From an uncultured Planctomycetota bacterium (GTDB taxonomy: Bacteria > Planctomycetota > Planctomycetia > Isosphaerales > Isosphaeraceae), in NCBI GenBank assembly GCA_963823665.1, contig CAWGMQ010000008.1, positions 928,001 to 992,000 on the forward strand: a stretch of DNA of 64,000 nt, read 5' to 3'. This document shows positions 1-10,268 of the stretch, in pieces. The translations under genes were made by a program, and so were the position numbers. Numbering within the stretch: the first letter of the stretch is position 1; each line of letters begins with the position of its first letter. Below the pieces are notes generated by a model. That model had not been told where the DNA came from and ran no database searches. It saw nothing but the letters and a program-made list of their open reading frames with translations.

Positions 1-1683
1 CCGCTCGATGATCTCGGCCAGCAATGCCTCACGCTGCTCGCCCGGCTCGACGATCCCGTTGCGCTCTCGCCCCTTCATGTTGAGATAGAGTCCGTTGATA
101 CCCAGGCCGTACGCAACGGTCTGCGACCAGTCGACGTCCGTCATGATCGACGTGCACTCAGGCGGACGGAGATAATCCCATGACCGAAGCCAGGTGTTCA
201 CATTGAACTGCTGCCCGAAGTTGGCGAATCCGTGGTCGCTCATCACGATCAAGGTCGCCTGCCGGCCGTATCGATCCATCAGATCGCCGATCACCTGGTC
301 GATCTTCCGGTAAAGCTGGTGCACGTGGCCGAAATACTTCTTGGCCTCGGCGTCGCTCCGGATCGGGTGCGGCTCGTCCGAATCCCACCAGAACATGTGC
401 GACTGCAAGTCGCTGCTCGAGAAATAGAAGAAAAGCAGCCCGTCTTCGTAGTTCTCCATCGCGTAGTCCAAGAGCGCGAGCCGCGCCTCGAGCACCATGC
501 CGGCCTGCCGCGCATACTCGTCGTCGACGAAGACGCCGTTGTTCCGCGCGCTGTAATCTTCCTGAAAGCCCGTCGTGGCAAACGGCCCGAGCCGGCCCGC
601 GACATCCTTCACGAAACCCGCCGGCTCCGAGATCGGCAAGGCCGGCTCGCGCGGATCCATGTTGATCGGAGAGACGTAAAGCCGGAAATTGGGCGTAACT
701 TCCTGAAGGTAGAACCGGCAGATTCCCGTCACGCTCTGACCCAGCATGAACCACGGCACCGAAAGCGGGAAATCCACCTTCGTCCAGCCGCTCCACTGGC
801 CCGCCTTGAGCACGATTCGCCGTTCTTTGATCTGGATCACGGCCGAGTTGGCGTCTCGGTCGCGATGCACGACAAAGTCGATCCCGATCGGTTTCGGGCT
901 CTTGAGCAGGGCGTCATCCGGCCCGACCAGCCGGGCCGCCGCGCGATCATCCTCGAACGTGAGCCTCGACCGCTTGCCCCCGCCTTCGTCGAGCCCATCC
1001 GCAGGTCCGTTTTCGGCAAAATGCTGGTACGTCCCGTACCCCCCCATCATGTCCGGCGTGCCCATCCCGCAAATACAACGGTGGTGCCCGTGATGCGACG
1101 GGCTCGCCGGATAGTTGCTCGGGATGTCGTAAAACGTCGAAGGCACCCCCGCAGCGTCCAGGTAGTCCCAGAATGGAATTCCCTGCCGCCTGAGCACCGG
1201 CTTGGGGGGCTTGTGATTGAAAGGAAAGAAATCAAGCGGGATCCTGTAATCGCCGGTCTCCCACGCCCCGACCCCCGGCAGCATCTCCGATGCCGAGTAA
1301 AACGGTGCGACTTGCTCCTCCGGATGGCGATGGATGAAGTCAAAGATCCCGTGGTTGCCCGGCCCGGCCCCATTGATGAAGTTGGCCCACGCAACCGGGC
1401 TCTGCGGCGGCGTGCTCGTGCCCAGGGGACTGAATCCGCCTCCGGCACGCAGCTTTTCCAGATTGGGTAAGAGCCCCTCTTTCATCATCCGCTCCGAGAG
1501 CCGCGGATCCATCCCGTCAATTCCAATGATGATCACCTTTTTGCTGGCGCTGCGCGACACATTTCGCCGCGAGCCCAGCCAGTAGTTGCCCGCGCCATAG
1601 GCCGCGGCACCCAGAGCCGCCGCACCGGCCGTGCCCGCGAGCAACGTTCGCCGGCTGATCTTGGGAGCAGCGTTCTCACTCAT
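1..1683 (-). CDS. Alkaline-phosphatase-superfamily (type I phosphodiesterase/nucleotide pyrophosphatase-like) protein with Tat signal; runs off the window start
   Basis: Not in the ORF track. Hand translation from ATG at 1683 gives MSENAAPKISRRTLLAG...KKVIIIGIDGMDP...GTSTPPQSPVAWANFINGAGPGNHGIFDF, paralogous to the upstream gene. ATGA overlap at 1680-1683. Confidence 0.85.
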   Translation of the reverse strand, partial: MSENAAPKISRRTLLAGTAGAAALGAAAYGAGNYWLGSRRNVSRSASKKVIIIGIDGMDPRLSERMMKEGLLPNLEKLRAGGGFSPLGTSTPPQSPVAWANFINGAGPGNHGIFDFIHRHPEEQVAPFYSASEMLPGVGAWETGDYRIPLDFFPFNHKPPKPVLRRQGIPFWDYLDAAGVPSTFYDIPSNYPASPSHHGHHRCICGMGTPDMMGGYGTYQHFAENGPADGLDEGGGKRSRLTFEDDRAAARLVGPDDALLKSPKPIGIDFVVHRDRDANSAVIQIKERRIVLKAGQWSGWTKVDFPLSVPWFMLGQSVTGICRFYLQEVTPNFRLYVSPINMDPREPALPISEPAGFVKDVAGRLGPFATTGFQEDYSARNNGVFVDDEYARQAGMVLEARLALLDYAMENYEDGLLFFYFSSSDLQSHMFWWDSDEPHPIRSDAEAKKYFGHVHQLYRKIDQVIGDLMDRYGRQATLIVMSDHGFANFGQQFNVNTWLRSWDYLRPPECTSIMTDVDWSQTVAYGLGINGLYLNMKGRERNGIVEPGEQREALLAEIIER

Positions 1684-3836
1684 GATACCGCCTCGACCAG
1701 GGCGTCTTCTTGCGGGACCTTGGTCTTTCCGCTGCCGGCGCCGACATCGAGCGCCTTGCCGTCCATGTAATCCGGGACAGTGATACCGAACATCGAAAGC
1801 ACCGTCGGCGCAATATCGATCAAACGCGGGTTCTCGTTCGCAATCGAGTGGGTGCAGAACAGGATTCCGGGCACGAGCGAGGGGTCAACACAGTGATCGC
1901 CGCTCCACGCCTTGGTATTCGGCTGGAAGACAGACCGAGTCGTCTTGCCGATGGCCGCCTCCCACGAGACGCGGTAGCCTCGCTGGTAGCCGACAATCAG
2001 GTCCGGCGCATTGTCCTTGTACGGGCCGCGATAGAACTTGCCGGCCACGTAAACTCGCTTCACGGCGCTCTGATGGGCTGACGTGTCAACCAGCCCCTCG
2101 AGCCTGCCGGCGATCTCGCTCCGCAGGCTGTCCGCCTCCTCGCCCGGCTCGACGATCCCCTGGGCGTACTTGTCTTTCAGGTTGATGAATATCCCCGCCA
2201 GGCCGATCGCAAACGCCCGCGTCCGCGACCAGTCCACCCCGGCCAGGTGTTCCTCGCCCCGACGCGCGTCGTCCACCGTCAGGTAGCCGTTCTCCTCGAG
2301 CCACCGGTTCAGGTCGATTCCCGTGCGGAACGGGCCGAAGCCGTGGTCCGAGATCACCATGACCATCGTCCCCATGTCCCGGCACTTATCGAGCGTCTTG
2401 CCCACTAAGTCATCCATTCGCCGGTAAAGGTCCTCGATCACGTTGCGCCCGGCCACAACCTCGGGGTCGGGCCGAGCGGGGTGTGTCGCGTCGATGTCGC
2501 GCCAGAACGTGTGCTGCAGCCGGTCGGTACCGTCGAAAACGCAGGCGACTAGCCCGCGCGGAACCTTGTCAATCGCGTCCAGAAACATCGTCTCGCGCTC
2601 GGCATCCATGTCCAGGCACTGCTGGATGAAGTGGTCGTCGCTGAGCACGCCTTCATTCAAGGCCCACGTGTCCTCGGCCAGCCCGAGCGTCGCAAACGTT
2701 CCTTGCTTCTTGGCCAGGTACATCGAATACACCGATGGGTAGCCCACCGGCATCGCCGGCTTTTCCGGATCGATATTGATCGGTGTCACGTAAAGCCCGA
2801 ACTCGGGCTTGGTCGAAAGCAGCAGGAACTTGCACACCCCGCGCACCTTCATCCCCAGCCCGGCGCGAAAATCGACGGGAATCCAGTCGGTGTAAACATC
2901 CTTGCGCAGCTCGATCTTGTCCTTGCCGACGGAGAGAATCGCACGGTCGTCGCCTTCCGTCTTGACTGAAAACGGCAGGCGCAGCTCGCCCGCGGAAGCC
3001 ACCAGTGGGTTCGGCGGTCCAACCAGATCCGCATGCACGATCCCGCCTTCGCACGTGACGTGATGAACCTCGCCGCCGATCTTCTCGCCTTCGTCGAGCT
3101 TTCTCGTGGTGTAGTACGAGAACATCCCCTGCGTCCCGCGCAGGTCCGGCACGCACATCGCAGAGAGCAGCACGCCCCAGAGCTTCTCGGCAGGCCACGT
3201 GATCGGCACCCGCAAAACGGCGCTGAAAATCCCGTACTTGCTCAGGATGCTCCAGAACGGCTGGCTCTTTCTCAGCAGCCGCAGATCGGCCTTGCCCAGC
3301 GGGATTCGATACTTCCCGAGCTGAATCGACCTGCGCGGCGGGCGAATCTCCACCGAGCTGAGCTTCGCACAGTACGTGCGCAGGTCCGGCGTCAGGAAGT
3401 CGAAGATGTTGTGTTTGCCCGGGTTCACCCCCGTTTGAAACGTGGACCATGCAACCGGCGAAAGCGGCGGCACCGTCGTGCCCAGCGGCTTGAAGCAGCC
3501 GCGCTCCCGCAGCCGGGCAAGCTGCGGGAGCTTCCCCTCCTCGAGCATGGTTTCCGTCAGGCCGTGGTCCATGCCGTCGAGGCCGAGAATCACCACCCGC
3601 TTGAACCGGCTCCGCCGCAGCGCCCGCCATCCGAAAATCGTCCGCTTGAGCAACCGCACCGGCCAGGTGATGAAGGTCAGCATCGCCGAGAAGACGGCCG
3701 CGAAGACGGCGAAGAACGAGCCCGCCACCGCAAAGCCGGCCCCGGGCCCGATGTAGGCGTGCGCCTCTCCCGGCCAGAGCAGCAACAGCGCGAAGCCGAG
3801 CAAAAGCCACCGGAATCTCCTGATGCGAGCGCTCAT
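1680..3836 (-). CDS. Alkaline-phosphatase-superfamily (phosphodiesterase-like) protein with N-terminal membrane segments
   Basis: Motifs ILGLDGMD, PPLSPVAWSTFQTGVNPGKHNIFDF, DRLQH, ISDHGF, WSGDH. N-terminal AHAYIGPGAG plus hydrophobic helix. Confidence 0.88.
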   Translation of the reverse strand: MSARIRRFRWLLLGFALLLLWPGEAHAYIGPGAGFAVAGSFFAVFAAVFSAMLTFITWPVRLLKRTIFGWRALRRSRFKRVVILGLDGMDHGLTETMLEEGKLPQLARLRERGCFKPLGTTVPPLSPVAWSTFQTGVNPGKHNIFDFLTPDLRTYCAKLSSVEIRPPRRSIQLGKYRIPLGKADLRLLRKSQPFWSILSKYGIFSAVLRVPITWPAEKLWGVLLSAMCVPDLRGTQGMFSYYTTRKLDEGEKIGGEVHHVTCEGGIVHADLVGPPNPLVASAGELRLPFSVKTEGDDRAILSVGKDKIELRKDVYTDWIPVDFRAGLGMKVRGVCKFLLLSTKPEFGLYVTPINIDPEKPAMPVGYPSVYSMYLAKKQGTFATLGLAEDTWALNEGVLSDDHFIQQCLDMDAERETMFLDAIDKVPRGLVACVFDGTDRLQHTFWRDIDATHPARPDPEVVAGRNVIEDLYRRMDDLVGKTLDKCRDMGTMVMVISDHGFGPFRTGIDLNRWLEENGYLTVDDARRGEEHLAGVDWSRTRAFAIGLAGIFINLKDKYAQGIVEPGEEADSLRSEIAGRLEGLVDTSAHQSAVKRVYVAGKFYRGPYKDNAPDLIVGYQRGYRVSWEAAIGKTTRSVFQPNTKAWSGDHCVDPSLVPGILFCTHSIANENPRLIDIAPTVLSMFGITVPDYMDGKALDVGAGSGKTKVPQEDALVEAVS

Positions 3837-5992
3837 TTCTTCGGGGCTTCCTTCGACTTCTCCGCGCCCTTGGCAGGCGCTGAATCCTTCGGTTGCGTCT
3901 CTTCAACCGTCTTGCCGGGCTTAAGGTCTTTCCCGGCCAGACCAGCATAATCCGGGCCATAACGATAGGCACGAAACACCGACGCACCACCCGGCGGGCC
4001 TGTGAACAAGAACGCGGGAGGTCCGCCGCCCTGACCGCCACCGCCCGGTGGACCACCTCCACCCGGGCCGCCGCCCGGCCCGCCGCGAGCGAAATCGGCC
4101 TTGATCTGTTTCAATCGTCCCTTCTGATCAGCGGTGAGAACTTTCTCGAGCCCCGCGTCGACCGTCTTCTGAAGGTCCACAAGCTGCGTCTTTTGCTCGG
4201 CCGTGGGCTTGAGTGTGATCTGCGTCGCGGTCGCGATGATCTGGCCCGGTGGCGGCATCGCGCCCATTCCGGCCTGCGCACTCCGCTCGCGTAAACTCTT
4301 CCTCTGGTCCGCCGTCAAAACCTTCTCAAGCGTCTCGTCCACCGTCTTCTGAAGCGCGGTCACCTGCTTCTTCTGCTCGCCGGAGAGACCCAGCATGTCC
4401 TGCACGAACGAGACCAGCACTTGATTGGGCTGCGGCGGCGGACCGCCAGGGCCCCCTCGACCCGGCCCGAAGCCCCCCTTGACCGGGTTCACGTACTTCC
4501 ACACGGTCTCCTTCTCCGGCGTCACCTCGAAAAGCGTGCCGTTGGGACCCGAGCAGATCAGTGTGTTGCCGTTCGGCAGCCGCTGAGCGCCCGAGATGAA
4601 AAACGCGTAGAAATCCGACTTTTTCGGTGCCGAGTAGCTCCAGATGGCCTTCGCGGGCCCGTAGGCCGTGCCTGCCTTCAGCTCGTAACGCCCCTGAGAA
4701 TCGACGGGGGGCGCGATCTCGTCGACCGACGAGTAGTCTCCGTCAGGCCGGTGCCCGCCGTTGTTGAAGATCAGGATGTGCCCTTCACCGGGCAGCCCGG
4801 GGCGAATCCAGCTCGCGTTGTGCTGCGCGAAGAGCCTCTGGTCGGCGTGGGTGCCTGCACGGTAAGCGCGCGGATTGCCCCAGCGATACAGCAGGTCGCC
4901 ACCCTTGCCCGATCGCCCGCCTGAATGGCCCGCGGCTTCCGCGTTGGTGGTGCTGTGGTCGATGATCCAGATCTCGGAGAGCTCGTGCACGCTCATGACG
5001 ATCTGATCGAGCGCCGGGTTATAGTCGACCGAATTAACGTGAGTCCAGTCCGGGCTGATCCGCTGCGCTCGTGCCGCCGGTGCGCCCACGTATCCAATCG
5101 ACTTGAGCTTGTCCTGCTCTGCTTTGCTTCGCGCCTCTTTCGCCGCATCTTTCACTTTGGCGACCGCCGTCTTTGCGGGCGGGCCGCCTGGCCCCGGGCC
5201 CAGCGGGCTTTCCACGAAGTTGATGTCAACCAGCTCCGGATGCGCCGCCACGTCGCCAAAGTTGGCCTTCGTCGAGTCGTGATCCTGAATCACGTGGTCC
5301 CACAGATGCCATTCCCACACAATTTCGCCGGTAGTCTTGCCGGTTGGCTTGATCTCGAGCAGCGAGTCGGGAATCAAGTAGGTGCTCACCAGGTCTTTCT
5401 TCCGGCCCGCCGCGATCGCCTCTTCGTTGGTCTTCTTCTCCCAGACCACCATCAGACAGTTCCCGTTCGGAAGCTTGATCGCGTCGTGGTGCTGGAGCTG
5501 CTTGGCGCTGCTCATCTTGAAATCCCACAGCACCTCGCCGTCCCACGTGAACTCATTGACGCGTCCCGCCGAGCCCCCGCCGCCGCCGAAGCTCATCTCG
5601 TCACCGGCGTTCGCGACCCTGAAAAGGTGCCCGTCCTCGAGCAGGTACGCCACTTGCATCGAATTGTGCTGGGTCTGCCAGGTCTTGACCACGCGCCCTT
5701 CCATATCGAACAGGTACACCGTCTTTTGACCCATGGGATTGAGCAGTGTGTAACCGCGAAACGCCCCGGGGGCGTTGATCGAAAGCCCGAGCTTCGCCGC
5801 CGCCGGCGGCGATCCCGCTTGGTCCTTGCCGGGAGGGCCCGTCTTGCCTTTCACCGGCCCGGAGTCGCCACCAGGCGCCTGCGCAATGGCCTGTGTCCTG
5901 ACCAGCACCAGGCAGAGCAACGCGACGGTCGTCGCGGCAGCCAACCCGAGCCGGGCCGCGAGATGGGTCATCCTCTGGACCGGCATTCCCAT
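3833..5992 (-). CDS. Aryl-sulfate sulfotransferase (ASST) family protein, secreted, with LTxxQ-like helical repeats
   Basis: Signal peptide; motifs HHDAIKLPNGN, WEWHLWDH, DWTHVNSVDY, LLYRWGNP, FAQHNA, ISGAQRLPNGNTLI, FRAYRY. Confidence 0.88.
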   Translation of the reverse strand: MGMPVQRMTHLAARLGLAAATTVALLCLVLVRTQAIAQAPGGDSGPVKGKTGPPGKDQAGSPPAAAKLGLSINAPGAFRGYTLLNPMGQKTVYLFDMEGRVVKTWQTQHNSMQVAYLLEDGHLFRVANAGDEMSFGGGGGSAGRVNEFTWDGEVLWDFKMSSAKQLQHHDAIKLPNGNCLMVVWEKKTNEEAIAAGRKKDLVSTYLIPDSLLEIKPTGKTTGEIVWEWHLWDHVIQDHDSTKANFGDVAAHPELVDINFVESPLGPGPGGPPAKTAVAKVKDAAKEARSKAEQDKLKSIGYVGAPAARAQRISPDWTHVNSVDYNPALDQIVMSVHELSEIWIIDHSTTNAEAAGHSGGRSGKGGDLLYRWGNPRAYRAGTHADQRLFAQHNASWIRPGLPGEGHILIFNNGGHRPDGDYSSVDEIAPPVDSQGRYELKAGTAYGPAKAIWSYSAPKKSDFYAFFISGAQRLPNGNTLICSGPNGTLFEVTPEKETVWKYVNPVKGGFGPGRGGPGGPPPQPNQVLVSFVQDMLGLSGEQKKQVTALQKTVDETLEKVLTADQRKSLRERSAQAGMGAMPPPGQIIATATQITLKPTAEQKTQLVDLQKTVDAGLEKVLTADQKGRLKQIKADFARGGPGGGPGGGGPPGGGGQGGGPPAFLFTGPPGGASVFRAYRYGPDYAGLAGKDLKPGKTVEETQPKDSAPAKGAEKSKEAPKK

Positions 5993-6270
5993 GAGATCAC
6001 TCCCCCTCTAGTCAAGGATCCTGAGCTTTGATAACACCACGATAACAAGAAAGCACGCCGAGATTCCACGCGCGACCACAGAGCCATGCCGCGTCGCGCC
6101 CTGTCCGCAGGGAGGGAAGACCGGCCAACCGAATACCCTTCCAGCTTGGCTTGCAAAGCGCACGGACGCAAGAGATCAGGCTCGCGAGTACGACTTCTAT
6201 ACGGGGGCCGCATGCCACCGGCGTGCGACACCATCGCGCCGAATTTGCCAGCACCGGCGCTCGTTGCGCC

Positions 6271-8010
6271 TCACGCTTCAAGCCCGCGCGCTCTGCGTTC
6301 GATCCACCAGAGCCCGGCCTCGCGCGCCAGGCTCTGTGCCTGAGCAAGCAGCGGTACCGCCTGCTCGAAATGACCGTTGTCGATCAGGGAGAGTGCACCG
6401 TCGAGCGCGGTGGCGGCACCGGCTGCGTCCGAACTGATCAGGCTCTGATACACCTCGAGCGCCTCCTCGCCCCGGCCCTGTCTCGCCAGGATCTCGGCGC
6501 GCCACACCTGGAACGCGGCGGCGGTGCCGGCGTCGGCCATTGGTCGCGCCAGCTCGATCGTTCGCAGCGCGGCGCCTGCTTCGCCGCGGCCGATCGCCTG
6601 TCGCACGAGCGCCGAGATAAGTGGCCGCATGTCCACCGAGCGCGAGGGGCCGCTCCCGCGGCGCAGTAGCTCTTCCGCGAACCGCGCCGTTCGAAAATCG
6701 TCCCGCAATCCCGTCGCCGATGACGCCGCCTCGGCGAGTCTCGCATCGTCAAGCGATTCCGGGGCGAGCCCGTCCAGAAGATCGGCCGGCGGCACAGCTC
6801 AGGTCCAGCGGATCAACCGCGCCGGCCAGCGCGCCTTCCAGGCCAAGCCGTCTCCGCAAGCGGTCGAACGGATAGCCCTTGTACAGCGCCCTCGTACTCG
6901 CGCGGCCCCCGAGCTGTTCCCGCAGCTTCACCACCGCGGTGAGCTTGGCCCGCGCGATGGCATCACCATCCTCGGCTGCCATCGATGCCGCAAGCGGCGA
7001 GCGATTGTCCAGTCCCTTTCGCTCGCGATGGATCCATTCGTTCTCGAAATAGTGCTCGATCGCGTCGCGCGCCAGCTCCTCGCTCGCGGTCGGATCGAGG
7101 TCCGCCGGCAGCCGGAAAATCCAGACATCGGCATCGAGAAACGGTAAGGGAAGCGGCGCGGCCTCGCGGCGAATCGCCTTCGGGCCCCCGTCGAGCCTCG
7201 TGAACAGCGCGTCTGCAATCCGGTCCAGGTTCGCCGGTCTCGGGCTCGACAGCCGCAGGGAATTCCGGCCGATGAATACGCTCGCCAGCACGATCGGCAG
7301 CCGCCATCCGCTCAGTTGCTCCGGCACGGCATTCCCCAGCGGTTGATCGAGCCATTCAAATACCTCGATCTCACGTTCCTCGCCCGGCGCGGCTCCGGGT
7401 ACCTCGGGCTTTCGCACCTGCCGGATCTCGGGGAATTCGCGGAGCAGGATCGCGGTGTCATCCCCGTTCCAGCCGATCGTGCAATTGAACCGCAGATCGT
7501 CAGCCAGCGCCTCGGCCCCGCCCCCCTGGCGCAGGATCTCCGCAAGCGTCCAGGCCGCGACCGCGTCTTCGAAATGCGGTCTCGGCATCGAGCGCGACCG
7601 CGCGGTCCAGACACGCAATTGCCTCGACGTTCCTGCCCGCCCACGCCAGGCATAGCCCTCGGTTGTAATGGGCCGATGAATCACCAGGCTCCTCGCCCGC
7701 CAGGTCGGCAAACGCGGCGGCCGTCGCCTCGAGCTGCTCCAGCTCGCCGCGACGCAGCCGTTCGTCCCATTCCGCGCGCCGCGCCGGGTCTCTCGGCTCC
7801 CGGAAGCGATAAACCGTCCGGGCCGAAAGCGGTAATTCCTTGGCCGATTCGAGCGTTAACAGCGCCTGCGCGGCCGCCGATGAATCGGGATCGACACGGA
7901 AGCGCGCGCTGCCACGATGCCCACGCCGCCAGCGGACGCTGGCTTCTCACGTGGTTCCATCCCTCGCGCACCAATAAGGTCGACGACTCCTCTCCCTGTT
8001 CTGATTCCAA
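6271..8010 (-). CDS. TPR-containing hypothetical protein broken by several frameshifts (probably sequencing errors)
   Basis: GGAGG then TTG at 8010. Coherent fragments in alternating frames (LLVREGWNH..PLAAWASWQRAL; AHYNRGLCLAW; FEDAVAAWTLAEILRQ; GYPFDRLRRRLGL; C-terminal TPR-like helices). Confidence 0.6.
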
Positions 8011-8291
8011 ACCAACCCGCCTCCGCGAAGTTTGCTGTCCGTGCGTCCGTGAGCTTACCCGGCTCCTGCCGGCACGCCAGTATCCCAATATACCCCGCGC
8101 ATGTAATCCCGTCGCAACCCTCGAATCCCTCCGGGATCCTCGACCCGGCACTCGGGCCTTGGTCCCGCCGAGCGCTCTCCTCCGCTTGACAGTAGGGCAC
8201 AAACGGGCCATCGTACCCTCAGGGACTTTTAATGCCTCACACGTGCCGCGGCAAAACCTCGCAACGGGTTGTCGGAGGAGGCGCGGAAAGT

Positions 8292-9638
8292 ATGGACACC
8301 AGATTCACTCCGCTGGCATTCTCGCTTCTGATCCTCGCAAACAGCCAGATATCCCGGGCACAGGCCGTCGCCCCGCGCGATCAGGTGCCAGAAAAGAGGG
8401 CCGCCGCCCGCGAGGCCTTCCAGGACGACCGATTCGGCCTTAGCATCCACTGGGGCGTTTATTCGCTCGTGGGCAAGGGCGAATGGGTGATGGAACACGA
8501 CAAGCTGCCGATCCCCGAATACGACAAGCTTCCCCCCCGGTTCAATCCCACCCGGTTCGACGCCGACGCCTGGGTGAAACTGGCGAAGTCCTCGGGCGCG
8601 AAATACATCACGATCACCGCCAAGCACCACGACGGCTTCTGCATGTTCGATAGCCAGCTCACCGACTTCGACATCGTCGACAAAAGCCCTTTTCACGCAG
8701 ACCCGCTCAAGGCCCTGGCCGGCTCCTGCCATGAACAGAAGATCAAACTTTTTTTCTATTATTCCTTGCTCGACTGGCACCACCCGGATTTCTTCCCGCT
8801 CGGCAAAACCGGCAAGGCCTCCGGCCGGCAAAGCCAGGGCCAGTGGAAACGCTACGTGGCCTACTACCAGGGCCAGATCCGGGAGCTCTGCACCAACTAC
8901 GGCGAGATCGGCGGAATCTGGCTCGACGGCTGCTGGGACCGCTTCGGCGCCGAGTGGGACCTGGGTAGCACCTACCGCATGATCCACGAGCTCCAGCCCG
9001 GCGCCCTGGTCGGAAACAACCGTCACGGCGCACCTTTGCCGGGCGAGGATTTTCAGATAGTCGAACTCGATCCTACCACCCCAAACGCCGCCGGCTCTGC
9101 CGCGGTCAAGACCACCGCCGGCTTACCGCTCGAAACCTGCATGACCATCAACCGTTCATCCGGCTACGATTCGCGAGATAAGGAGTACAAGAGCGCGCCA
9201 GAGATCATTCACGCCCTGGTCTCCTCCGCCGGCCGGGGCGCGAACTTGCTCCTCTCCATCGGTCCACGGCCGGATGGCCTGTTCGAGCATGAAGTCCTCG
9301 AGCGCCTCCAGGAAGTCGGAGCCTGGCTCAAAACCCACGGCGAAACGGTCTACGGCACGCGCCGCGGCCCGATTGAAGCTCAATCGTGGGGAGTGTCCAC
9401 CACCAGCGGTGCCCGCGCCGATCAGAAAATCTATTTACATATCCTGAATCCACAAACAAAGCAGCCGATCGCCTTCGACCCAGGCATCGCATGGACTCCC
9501 TTTCTCTTCGGCAAGACCACGCCTCTCAAACTGACTCGGAAGTCCGGATTGCTCGAGCTCGAGCTGCCCCAAGACGCGATAACGCCTGTCGATACGATCG
9601 TTGTGCTTCTTCCGGAGTCAAAGCATCGTGCCCGATGA
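8292..9638 (+). CDS. Alpha-L-fucosidase, GH29
   Basis: Motifs RFGLSIHWGVYS, ITAKHHDGFCMFD, ELCTNYG, IWLDG, ETCMTIN, GANLLLSIGP; signal peptide. Confidence 0.92.
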   Translation: MDTRFTPLAFSLLILANSQISRAQAVAPRDQVPEKRAAAREAFQDDRFGLSIHWGVYSLVGKGEWVMEHDKLPIPEYDKLPPRFNPTRFDADAWVKLAKSSGAKYITITAKHHDGFCMFDSQLTDFDIVDKSPFHADPLKALAGSCHEQKIKLFFYYSLLDWHHPDFFPLGKTGKASGRQSQGQWKRYVAYYQGQIRELCTNYGEIGGIWLDGCWDRFGAEWDLGSTYRMIHELQPGALVGNNRHGAPLPGEDFQIVELDPTTPNAAGSAAVKTTAGLPLETCMTINRSSGYDSRDKEYKSAPEIIHALVSSAGRGANLLLSIGPRPDGLFEHEVLERLQEVGAWLKTHGETVYGTRRGPIEAQSWGVSTTSGARADQKIYLHILNPQTKQPIAFDPGIAWTPFLFGKTTPLKLTRKSGLLELELPQDAITPVDTIVVLLPESKHRAR

Positions 9639-10260
9639 TCGAACGACTGACGCAGAACCGGCTGCTGCCCCGCACCGCGCGAAGCTCGATCGCGTCAGTG
9701 CAGCCATGGCGGCCGTCACGGTCCTCGCCCTGATCGCGTTCCTCTGGTTCCGCTACGGCTCCTCCACCCGAAGCAAGTCGCTCGCCGTCGGCGATCCCGC
9801 GCCCTCGTTGCGCTTGATCGACCTCGACTCCTCCGAGCCCCCGCTGGTCCTGGGTCTGAAGGGAAAGGTCGTCTGGATCGTCTTCTGGTCGTCCGACGCA
9901 GCCGATGCGCCACAGTCCCTCGCAGCAATTGCCCGCGCCTCGAGCACGATCAGGGCTCACCGCAAGTTCAGCATGTTCGCCGCCGCCGTCGGCGCTAGGG
10001 AGCCTGATCGCGTGCGGGCAGCCGCTGCCGAAAGCGGCGGCGAGCTGCCGGTCTACCTGGCCAGCGCGGAGAGCATCCGCCGCTTCGGCGCCGAGCAAGC
10101 CGACCCGCCGCTCCACGTGATGATCGACGAGAACGGCCAGGTCATCGCGCTTGCGCGAGGCGCCGGCTCAAGCACACTCGATCGCCTCGCCGATCAGGCA
10201 AAGCGCCGCCTGGACGAGCTCGAGCCGCATGGCACCACTCGCTTCGCGTTTCGAGACTAA
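9628..10260 (+). CDS. Membrane-anchored TlpA/redoxin-fold protein lacking CxxC
   Basis: TM helix, then LAVGDPAPSLRL...LKGKVVWIVFWS and P-HVMIDENGQV. No cysteines at the WCxxC position. Confidence 0.65.
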   Translation: MPDDRTTDAEPAAAPHRAKLDRVSAAMAAVTVLALIAFLWFRYGSSTRSKSLAVGDPAPSLRLIDLDSSEPPLVLGLKGKVVWIVFWSSDAADAPQSLAAIARASSTIRAHRKFSMFAAAVGAREPDRVRAAAAESGGELPVYLASAESIRRFGAEQADPPLHVMIDENGQVIALARGAGSSTLDRLADQAKRRLDELEPHGTTRFAFRD

Positions 10261-10268
10261 CGTGCACG

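Noticed and set aside
232..1470. Long plus-strand ORF, and similar shadow ORFs such as 4925-6031, 25795-27024 and 53060-54178
   Set aside because: Antisense shadows of well-supported genes in high-GC DNA, with no recognisable motifs.
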